Assembly (NCBI GenBank): GCA_037147375.1
Contig: JBAWVI010000005.1
Span: 1-17,284 of the forward strand
Source of the DNA: an archaeon
GTDB taxonomy: Archaea > Iainarchaeota > Iainarchaeia > Iainarchaeales > CSSED10-239
Direction: 5' to 3'
Length of the DNA stretch: 17,284 bases
The notes beneath the pieces were generated by a model. It had not been told where the DNA came from. It did no database searches and worked only from the letters and a program-made list of their open reading frames with translations. Position 1 is the first letter of the stretch; every line of letters starts with the position of its first letter. The translations under genes were made by a program, and so were the position numbers. Positions 1-6,530 of the stretch are shown in pieces.

Positions 1-1
1 A

Positions 2-220
2 TATTTCTTTTGCTTGTATTAAATCAAAATCATCTTTTTTATCAACATATATACTTTTTGGATTTATTTCTTTAATCTGTTTTAATAAATCAAGATTATC
101 TTCTGATCTATCATAAGTAATCCCAACAATATTATACTTATTGTTGTATTTTTTAAAGAAATCAATAATAGTTATTGATAACTCTGAATTAGATCCGAGT
201 ATAACTATGTTCTTCTTCAT
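2..220 (-). CDS. N-terminal part of a CDS that continues past the window start; Rossmann-like fold, family undecided (PurN/Fmt formyltransferase-like or Dxr-like N-terminus)
   Basis: ATG at 220-218, open down to position 2 (73 codons): MKKNIVILGSNSELSITIIDFFKKYNNKYNIVGITYDRSEDNLDLLKQIKEINPKSIYVDKKDDFDLIQAKEI. The strand / Gly-Ser loop / helix start is typical of Rossmann N-termini. Absent from the ORF track because it is truncated. TATA-like TTTTAAAG (251-244) lies 23 nt upstream of the ATG, with no SD. Confidence 0.45.
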   Translation of the reverse strand, partial: MKKNIVILGSNSELSITIIDFFKKYNNKYNIVGITYDRSEDNLDLLKQIKEINPKSIYVDKKDDFDLIQAKEI

Positions 221-274
221 AGATATAATAAAAGGAGATTAAGCTTTAAAAGGTATTGTAAACCATAGAGAATG

Positions 275-350
275 AGAAAAAAAATAAAAAAAAGAAAAAA
301 ATATTAAAAAAATAAAATCTGAAATAAATTTAGTTAAACAAATTTATTTC
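275..350 (-). terminator. Hairpin plus oligo-T terminator of micro-ORF unit 1
   Basis: Perfect 10-bp stem, 321-330 GAAATAAATT pairing with 341-350 AATTTATTTC, with a 10-nt loop. The stem covers the TAA stop (344-346). Long minus-strand T runs follow (plus-strand A runs at 275-320). Confidence 0.45.
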
Positions 351-379
351 TTCTTCTTAGCTGCTTTCTTCTTTACCAT
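344..379 (-). CDS. Poly-lysine micro-ORF 1 (11 aa: MVKKKAAKKKK)
   Basis: ATG GTA AAG AAG AAA GCA GCT AAG AAG AAG AAA TAA on the minus strand. Preceded by AGGGGGGAG (396-388), with GGAG 8 nt from the ATG. Its paralog at 639-689 keeps the ATG, the frame and the first 6 codons. Too short for the ORF track. Confidence 0.35.
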   Translation of the reverse strand: MVKKKAAKKKK

Positions 380-466
380 AGTCTTTTCTCCCCCCTTCAA
401 ATCAATAAAAAATTCTGTAAATTCAACAGAAAAATAAAATTATTAATTATATACTAAACAGAAACA

Positions 467-474
467 TATATAAA
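467..474 (-). promoter_or_regulatory. TATA box (TTTATATA) of micro-ORF unit 1
   Basis: Exact match to the archaeal TTTAWATA consensus in minus orientation, 88 nt upstream of the ATG at 379. The flanks are conserved in copy 2. Confidence 0.45.
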
Positions 475-564
475 TGATGTTGTTTATAGTTGTCCAAAAA
501 GTTTAGCACTTGTCCAAGAAATTGTGCGATGATTTTTAATTAAAAAAAGATTAAATTTAAAATG

Positions 565-606
565 AGATAAAACAAAAAAGGAAATAAATCAAAAATGATT
601 TATTTC
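565..606 (-). terminator. Hairpin plus oligo-T terminator of micro-ORF unit 2
   Basis: Perfect 11-bp stem, 581-591 GAAATAAATCA pairing with 596-606 TGATTTATTTC, with a 4-nt loop. On the minus strand it is followed by CTTTTTTGTTTTATCTCATTTT. Confidence 0.5.
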
Positions 607-638
607 ACCCTATTAAGAAAATTTATAAATCCTAGGAC

Positions 639-689
639 TTACTTCTTCTTCTTAACAACTTTTTTAGCTGCTGCTTTCTTCTTAACCAT
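639..689 (-). CDS. Poly-lysine micro-ORF 2 (16 aa: MVKKKAAAKKVVKKKK)
   Basis: ATG GTT AAG AAG AAA GCA GCA GCT AAA AAA GTT GTT AAG AAG AAG AAG TAA on the minus strand. Preceded by AGGGGGAG (703-696), with GGAG 6 nt from the ATG. It differs from copy 1 by a synonymous GTA/GTT change and by exactly 15 nt (5 codons) of length. Confidence 0.35.
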   Translation of the reverse strand: MVKKKAAAKKVVKKKK

Positions 690-773
690 TGTAGTCTCCC
701 CCTTTTTTTTCTCTGTAAAACAAATTTACAGAAGAATAATAATATATTTATTATTTATATAATGTTAGAAACG

Positions 774-781
774 TATATAAA
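774..781 (-). promoter_or_regulatory. TATA box (TTTATATA) of micro-ORF unit 2
   Basis: Same octamer and flanks (CATTTATATA[T/C]GTTTCT on the minus strand) as copy 1, 85 nt upstream of the ATG at 689. Confidence 0.45.
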
Positions 782-1038
782 TGTTTTTAATTTGCTTTTT
801 TTCAAAAAAAATAAATAAAATAGTTGTCCAATATTTCATGAATGTTAATTTAATGTAAGCACAGATAAATAAAGGGAATACAACGCATAGCTAATTACAA
901 CAGTTCACTAAAATAATATTTATGAAAAATATAAAATAAAAAAAAATAAAAGAAATTTGTTTCGTTTCATTAAAAAATAAGTGTCCAAGATTTAATGTAA
1001 TAAAAAAATAAAGAAATATATGGAAATAATTATAACTT

Positions 1039-2547
1039 TTATTCCCATTTACTCATATCATATCCTGCTTCTCTTAATTCTCCTTTTGTAAGTCCGAATA
1101 CTCTTGCTCGGTTAAGAGGTATTCTTGCATCATAAAGCTCTTGAGCACTATAATTAATACTTTTTGCTTTTAGAATTGGCAAATAAAAAGATATATTTTT
1201 TGGTTCTTCATGTTTTAATTTACTTAATATATATTTTGCATCTACTTTATTAAATAATTCATTAGTAATAAGAGCCTTTAATCCAATTGTATTTACAAAC
1301 TCATCTACATTAATTCCATTTATTTCTAAATCACTTAACTTAAATGTTTTTTCATTAAATATTCCAGCCTTTAGTAATTTTTTAAAATTAAATGTATTAT
1401 AAAGTTCTTTTTTGCTTACACCTGCTTCTTCCAAACTTTTCAATCCAAATTGTTCAAGTTCAGTTAATCTTATATCCGAATATTGTTTTTTTGTTTGTTC
1501 AACTAAATATTTAAGTCCAAATTCTTCTTTGAAGGTCTTTATTGGAATATCTCCTTTATGGTGATACAAATATTCAAATGGAGGCTTAATTTCTGCATTA
1601 TAAACTTCAGAAGATAATGCTCTTCTAGAAATTGTTCCATAAGGACCTAAACCTTTTCTAAATGTACCTATTATCATTATATCCTTTAAACTATAACCAT
1701 GATCCATTAGTTCCTTTAAAGTAAATCCCTCTTCTCTAATTAAAACATCTATTGGAAAAGAAGTTACTAATTCATTTACTTTATATATTCCTTCCTTAAC
1801 AAGTTCTTTTATTGGAACTGATTTAGATATAAATTGTCTATCAACCCCATTATCTAATAAATATTTATAACTATATCCTGCTTTTATTACTGCTCTACAA
1901 CTTATATGTGGGTAATATTCACTCCAATAATTTAGATCTCCACCACCGTATTCATGATAACTCTCAGATAGCATCTGTTGTAATGGCATTTCTGCATTTA
2001 ATAATGTCTTAATTGTATTTACTGGTGATTCTTTATAAGATTCTAAAGGTTCTCTAAATTCTTGAGCAACCCTTAATAATATTTGTTTTGAACCTAATAA
2101 CTTATTTATTTCTTTATATTTAAATTCACTTTCAAATAAATTATGTAATCCAATTTTTTTTTCAAAGATTTTATCAAGCCCTTCTTTTAAAAAATGTTCT
2201 TTTAATTTTTGCTTTAACTCATTATATTTTGCAATATGATTTTCTTCTTTAGGTTTAGGAAACTTTTTTATAAAATTAAGAAGCTCTTGTTTAGTAAATA
2301 ATTTATCAATATAATCTATTTTATTATGAGTAAATAAAGATAATGGATTAATTCCCATCTTAATTAGTTGTTCTTTTGAATATTTCTTATTTTGAAGAAT
2401 AGAATCTAATTTACTAATTCCTTCTTTTTGCTTTATAATCTCAAGTCTTTTCTTTGCTAATGCTTGCTCTTTGTCTTTAGTTAATGTTTTTTTAAATCTA
2501 TCAGCTGCTTTTGCAATATCTTTTATCATTGATTTTTTAACTGGCAT
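1039..2547 (-). CDS. Hypothetical 502-aa protein with degenerate ~11-residue tandem repeats (L-x-x-x-G-aromatic/aliphatic-S/T-x-x-E/D-L)
   Basis: Long ATG-initiated ORF. SD-like GAGGGT lies a few nt upstream, and TATA-like CTTTTATAAAG at ~2578-2588. Repeat units by residue number: AVIKAGYSYKY (219), LLDNGVDRQFI (230), LIREEGFTLKE (269), LMDHGYSLKDI (280), LEQFGLKSLEEAGVSKKEL (364), LLKAGIFNEKTF (391), LEINGINVDEF (407), VFGLTKGELREAGYDMSKW (483). I could not recognise a family. Confidence 0.8.
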   Translation of the reverse strand: MPVKKSMIKDIAKAADRFKKTLTKDKEQALAKKRLEIIKQKEGISKLDSILQNKKYSKEQLIKMGINPLSLFTHNKIDYIDKLFTKQELLNFIKKFPKPKEENHIAKYNELKQKLKEHFLKEGLDKIFEKKIGLHNLFESEFKYKEINKLLGSKQILLRVAQEFREPLESYKESPVNTIKTLLNAEMPLQQMLSESYHEYGGGDLNYWSEYYPHISCRAVIKAGYSYKYLLDNGVDRQFISKSVPIKELVKEGIYKVNELVTSFPIDVLIREEGFTLKELMDHGYSLKDIMIIGTFRKGLGPYGTISRRALSSEVYNAEIKPPFEYLYHHKGDIPIKTFKEEFGLKYLVEQTKKQYSDIRLTELEQFGLKSLEEAGVSKKELYNTFNFKKLLKAGIFNEKTFKLSDLEINGINVDEFVNTIGLKALITNELFNKVDAKYILSKLKHEEPKNISFYLPILKAKSINYSAQELYDARIPLNRARVFGLTKGELREAGYDMSKWE

Positions 2548-2663
2548 AATAATACCCTCTTTTCAATTAATTTATTAATCTTTATAAAAGTATTAAACAC
2601 AATTAGATTTATAAACATATCTTGAAGTTAAAAATAATAAAATAAAGAAAAAGGATGAAGATT

Positions 2664-2710
2664 ATAAAAAATAAAAAAAAAAAGAGTTCTTAGATTAAAA
2701 TTAATCTAAG
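2664..2710 (-). terminator. Hairpin plus oligo-T terminator after aEF-2
   Basis: Perfect palindrome CTTAGATTAA-AA-TTAATCTAAG (2689-2710) covering the TAA stop (2701-2703). On the minus strand it is followed by AACTCTTTTTTTTTTTATTTTTT. Confidence 0.5.
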
Positions 2711-4899
2711 AAGAATTCCCAAGTTTTTGGTTCAGGATCTATTCCTTTTCTCTTTCTAATATCCATGATTGTATCTTTCAAGATTGATTTAGGAAGCTTC
2801 TCATATCCTGAATATTCAGCAGTCCATACAGCTCTTCCTTGTGTCTCTCCTCTCATCTCTTGTGAGAAACCAATCATTGACTTAACAGGTATCTTACCAA
2901 CAATAATTGAAAGATCTCCTTCACTCTTGATATCTTCAATCTGTGTTCTTCTACCTGAAAGAACTCTTGAAACAGAACCCATGTAATCTTGTGGAACTGA
3001 TACAGTTAAATTCTGCTTTGGTTCCAAAAGAGTGTAGTCACTTGCAAGAACACCAGCATAGATAGCTCTAGTTATTGCAGGAAGAACCTGAGCAGGTCCT
3101 CTATGTATTGCATCCTCGTGTAATACTGCATCGTTTAGGTTAACAAGAATACCAGAAACTCTTTCTTTAGCAACTGGTCCTTCTCTTAATGCATCTTGGA
3201 ATGCTTCAATAATTAATTCTCTAGTTTCATTTAGGTTCTGTATTCCTTTTGTTCTATTAATTAAAATAGAATTATTGAAAACAGCCCAAATGTTCTTTGA
3301 TTCATCACCAGAGAAACCAATTTCTTGGAGCTTCTTCATGATTTCCATATCCTTGTTCTGTCTAATCTTACAATGAAGCTTTAACTTTCTTAACTTCTCA
3401 AGCATTTCTCCTTCAATAGGTTGTATCTGTATCTTGAACTTATTGTGCTTGGTTGGAGTTTTTCCTTCAATAACAGGTGAACCCTTTTGTATTGTTTCAT
3501 AATAAACAACAATTGGAGGGGAAACTGTTATTGGAATATTATTATCCTTCTCAATCTTGTATTGAGTAATTTCTAAGTGAAGTTCTCCCATTCCTGAAAT
3601 TAAGTGCTCTCCTGTTTCTTGATTTAATTCAGCTCTTATGTTTGGATCTTCTTTAGTAATATTATGAATAACATCAATTAATCTTGGAAGATCTTTTGAA
3701 TTCTTAGCTTCAATTGAAACAGTCATAACAGGTTCAACATCTGATAAGAAATCCTCAAATGGTTCCATCTCTCTATTTGCAAGTGTTTGACCAGTGTAAA
3801 TTTCTTTCATTCCAATTACACAAGCAATATTTCCTGCTTCAACCTCATCTAATATAACTCTTTCAGGTCCTAAGTATATTCCAACTTGTTGAACCTTACC
3901 TTCTTTGTCTGTACCTAATATTTTTAAGTCCATTCCTTTCTTAATTGAACCAGCGTATATTCTACCTGATGCAATATCTCCAGCATGCTTATCAAGAACA
4001 ATATCTGTTACCATCATAGCAACATCAGTGTCTCCCATTTCACAATTTTGCATTGCTTTTCCTTCTGGAGTACTAAGATCTCCTTTCCAAATGATTGGAA
4101 TTCTATATCCTTGAGCAACTTTTGGATTAGGTAAATGATTAATAACCATTTCTAAGAAAACATCTGAGATTGGTATCTTATCAGATAATTCTTTTTGTTG
4201 TTCTTTTTCACAATAATCAATAATATCTGCAAACTTTATATTGTACTTAGTCATTGCAGGAACAGACATTGCCCAATTATGATATCCTGAACCAAAACAA
4301 ACTGATCCATCTTTAATTGAAACTTGCCATTTTTGTTTTAATTCATCTACTGCATATCTTGAAATTAAATTATTAACATCCATTACAACCTTAACGAATT
4401 TTTTTTGCATGTCTTCAGGTGTAACGTGCATTTCTGTAATTAATCTATCAACTTTGTTAATGAAAAGAACAGGTCTAACTCTTTCCTTTAATGCTTGTCT
4501 TAAAACAGTTTCTGTTTGAGGCATAACACCTTCAACAGAATCAATAACTAGAACAGCTCCATCAACAGCTCTCATAGCTCTAATAACGTCTCCAGTGAAA
4601 TCAACGTGACCAGGAGTGTCTATAATATTAATTAAATATTTTTGATCGCCGAGTGCATATGGAACAGAAACGTTAGAAGCATTAATTGTGATTCCTCTTT
4701 CTTGTTCTAAGATATATGAATCCATGAAAACTTGTTCTCCTGCTAAATCTTTTGAGATTAAACCAGCAGTAGCTACAAGATTATCTGTAAGTGTTGACTT
4801 ACCATGATCAATATGTGCAATAATTGCAATATTTCTAATATTTTTTGTATTTGCCATCAACGTTTGTGCAAGTTCTGCAACTTGTTCTTTTCTTCCCAT
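2701..4899 (-). CDS. fusA: Translation elongation factor 2 (aEF-2)
   Basis: 732 aa. GTPase motifs AHIDHGKST (G1), DTPGH (G3) and NKVD (G4). Diphthamide-site motif HEDAIHRG. AGGTGA SD at 4912-4907. Canonical position downstream of rps12/rps7. Confidence 0.97.
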   Translation of the reverse strand: MGRKEQVAELAQTLMANTKNIRNIAIIAHIDHGKSTLTDNLVATAGLISKDLAGEQVFMDSYILEQERGITINASNVSVPYALGDQKYLINIIDTPGHVDFTGDVIRAMRAVDGAVLVIDSVEGVMPQTETVLRQALKERVRPVLFINKVDRLITEMHVTPEDMQKKFVKVVMDVNNLISRYAVDELKQKWQVSIKDGSVCFGSGYHNWAMSVPAMTKYNIKFADIIDYCEKEQQKELSDKIPISDVFLEMVINHLPNPKVAQGYRIPIIWKGDLSTPEGKAMQNCEMGDTDVAMMVTDIVLDKHAGDIASGRIYAGSIKKGMDLKILGTDKEGKVQQVGIYLGPERVILDEVEAGNIACVIGMKEIYTGQTLANREMEPFEDFLSDVEPVMTVSIEAKNSKDLPRLIDVIHNITKEDPNIRAELNQETGEHLISGMGELHLEITQYKIEKDNNIPITVSPPIVVYYETIQKGSPVIEGKTPTKHNKFKIQIQPIEGEMLEKLRKLKLHCKIRQNKDMEIMKKLQEIGFSGDESKNIWAVFNNSILINRTKGIQNLNETRELIIEAFQDALREGPVAKERVSGILVNLNDAVLHEDAIHRGPAQVLPAITRAIYAGVLASDYTLLEPKQNLTVSVPQDYMGSVSRVLSGRRTQIEDIKSEGDLSIIVGKIPVKSMIGFSQEMRGETQGRAVWTAEYSGYEKLPKSILKDTIMDIRKRKGIDPEPKTWEFFLD

Positions 4900-5051
4900 G
4901 TTATTTTCACCTGTATTTTTTAATAATTTTTATGTATTAAATCAATAGTTTTTGCGGATTGCTTAAAGCTATTAATGTACCACTTAAATTCAATATAAAT
5001 TGAAAAGTAGATATATATAATATATAGGGGAATTTATTTAAATACCTTTCC

Positions 5052-5948
5052 TTATAAGGCTTTAGGCTTAATAGGTTTCCTTTCAAAAAGCTTCTTGTTT
5101 CTCTTAATAAATTTAGTCATTTCCTTCTTTGTTTTATTAAGATTTTCTTTAGAATAAGCTTCTGCAATATATTTATCTAACTCTGGCTTAATTAACTTAA
5201 GAATTTCAGTATTACTTTTAATTGAAGGTACCTTATATTGATTAGGAATATATATGGATAAAGGTACTGGTTGAGTAATATAATTTGGTTTTTTTGTAAT
5301 TTTATTCAAACTATTTGTAATTTTATAAATATTTAAAGTTTCAGGATCTATTCCAAGTTTATTTATTCCTACATAAACTGTATTTGAAGTACCGGTTTTA
5401 GTTTTAACTATTAATATTTTTTCTTTACCATTAATATCTGCTTTAATAAATCTAATTGCTTTAGATTTTATAGCTCTTAAAAATCCTTCTAAAGTTAAAG
5501 CACAAGCATCCTGTAGATGATTAGAGATTACCTGTTGAGTAATTAGTCCATTTTTAATTCTAATAATTTCTAAAAATGGATTATATTTTTTTTCAACATA
5601 ATTATAGTATCTTTCAGATTCTAAAAATACAGAAAACTTATCTTGCTTAAGAGTAGACATCTCTTTTAATAGTTTTTTTCTATATTCATCTGGTTTTGAT
5701 AAAACATTATCAAGATGAGCAATAATTTCTTGATTATATATTATTAAATCATCTCTTTCAAAGTGAGATCTACTTGAGATGAATAATTTAAAAAAAGTTG
5801 GAAGATAAGTCTTAAGAAGAGGTTCATACTTTTCTGGATTTTGTGTATAAAAAGATATAGTCTTTAAGCTAGATAAATTATTTGATTTAATTTCATAATT
5901 AAAACTATTTTTCATAGAATTAATTAATTTAATTTTTATGTTTGACAT
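5052..5948 (-). CDS. Hypothetical 298-aa protein; possible winged-helix-like central segment (weak)
   Basis: ATG-initiated ORF with no SD. The segment GLITQQVISNHLQDACALTLEGFLRAIKSKAIRFIKADINGKEKILIVKT looks like helix-turn-helix followed by a beta-hairpin wing. Lys-rich C-terminus. No catalytic motif recognised. Confidence 0.7.
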   Translation of the reverse strand: MSNIKIKLINSMKNSFNYEIKSNNLSSLKTISFYTQNPEKYEPLLKTYLPTFFKLFISSRSHFERDDLIIYNQEIIAHLDNVLSKPDEYRKKLLKEMSTLKQDKFSVFLESERYYNYVEKKYNPFLEIIRIKNGLITQQVISNHLQDACALTLEGFLRAIKSKAIRFIKADINGKEKILIVKTKTGTSNTVYVGINKLGIDPETLNIYKITNSLNKITKKPNYITQPVPLSIYIPNQYKVPSIKSNTEILKLIKPELDKYIAEAYSKENLNKTKKEMTKFIKRNKKLFERKPIKPKAL

Positions 5949-5972
5949 ATAACATCTATCTTCTTGTGATTT

Positions 5973-5980
5973 TATTTAAA
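5973..5980 (-). promoter_or_regulatory. TATA-like box (TTTAAATA) for the 298-aa ORF, leaderless geometry
   Basis: 24 nt separate the box from the ATG at 5948 and there is no SD in between. The box overlaps the 3' end of the upstream 151-aa ORF. Confidence 0.4.
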
Positions 5981-5983
5981 TAC

Positions 5984-6439
5984 CTATTCTTTTCTTACTT
6001 TTGCTTCTATTTTATCAAGATAATCTTTGTACAATTTACTTTTTGGTTTCATTGAATAAAATACTCCTGCATTTAGAATTTCAAGAGTTGCATCTTCACT
6101 TTTTCTAATATCATCTAAGAAAATATTTCTGGATTCTAAATCTCGAAACACTCTTTCAGTTGCTTTTAATCTTAAAGCTAAGGTAATAGGACCAATCCAA
6201 CTCATTCCTGGCATCCACACAAGATGAACTTTATACTTACCCTTAAACTTACGAAAAACTTCATTATAGAATTGGCTTGATTTAGGATATTTCTTATTAA
6301 AGGTAAGATATAACTTATATTTATTATAACGATAAATAGTATTAACTTTATTTTTTAGTGTAGATATCTTTGAAGTAGGTTCTTTTTTAGGCTTGACTTC
6401 TTTTTTAGTAACTTCAAGCAATTTCTTTGGTGCTTTCAT
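5984..6439 (-). CDS. Hypothetical 151-aa basic protein; core shows weak colinear uS10-like motifs (unconfirmed)
   Basis: ATG-initiated ORF. Lys-rich N-terminal ~35 aa, then YKLYLTF (strand), SSQFYNEVFRKF (helix), GPITL (83-87, compare the uS10 hallmark GPIPLP), NIFLDDI (105-111, compare RLIDI/RLVDI), SEDATLEIL (114-122, compare PTEKTVDALM) and AGV (124-126, compare AGVDV). Confidence 0.7.
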   Translation of the reverse strand: MKAPKKLLEVTKKEVKPKKEPTSKISTLKNKVNTIYRYNKYKLYLTFNKKYPKSSQFYNEVFRKFKGKYKVHLVWMPGMSWIGPITLALRLKATERVFRDLESRNIFLDDIRKSEDATLEILNAGVFYSMKPKSKLYKDYLDKIEAKVRKE

Positions 6440-6461
6440 TAGGATATTAAATCTGAAAACA

Positions 6462-6469
6462 TTTATAAA
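6462..6469 (-). promoter_or_regulatory. TATA-like box (TTTATAAA) for the 151-aa ORF, leaderless geometry
   Basis: 22 nt separate the box from the ATG at 6439, with no SD-like GGTG/GGAG in between. Confidence 0.4.
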
Positions 6470-6530
6470 TAGATAGAAAAAGATTATAAAAATAAAAAAA
6501 ATAAGAAAATAAAGAAAATAAATTCTTTAT

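Larger units (their letters stand above)
321..517 (-). repeat. Copy 1 of a paralogous mini transcription-unit module (promoter, UTR hairpin, SD, poly-Lys micro-ORF, terminator)
   Basis: Shares these blocks with copy 2 (581-831), given in plus-strand spelling: AGAAAC[A/G]TATATAAATG, the TCTGTAAA hairpin arm, a C-run (G-run SD on the minus strand), TAGCTGC..TTTCTTCTT.ACCAT (the micro-ORF), a GAAATAAAT...ATTTATTTC hairpin, and TAGTTGTCCAA upstream. Confidence 0.6.
581..831 (-). repeat. Copy 2 of the paralogous mini transcription-unit module
   Basis: Same block order as copy 1. See the micro-ORF, promoter and terminator entries. Confidence 0.6.

Noticed and set aside
272-307. Plus-strand polybasic micro-ORF MRKKIKKRKKY.
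   Set aside because: It is simply the A-run complement of the minus-strand oligo-T terminator region. It has no SD at proper spacing and no paralog, unlike the two minus-strand micro-ORFs.
5033-5985. Exact 15-mer TTTATTTAAATACCT present at 5033-5047 and 5971-5985, each next to the stop codon of one of the two hypothetical genes.
   Set aside because: A rough composition-based estimate says several exact 15-mer matches are expected by chance in 17 kb of DNA this AT-rich. The offsets relative to the stop codons differ. It is more simply explained as two TATA-like promoter elements.
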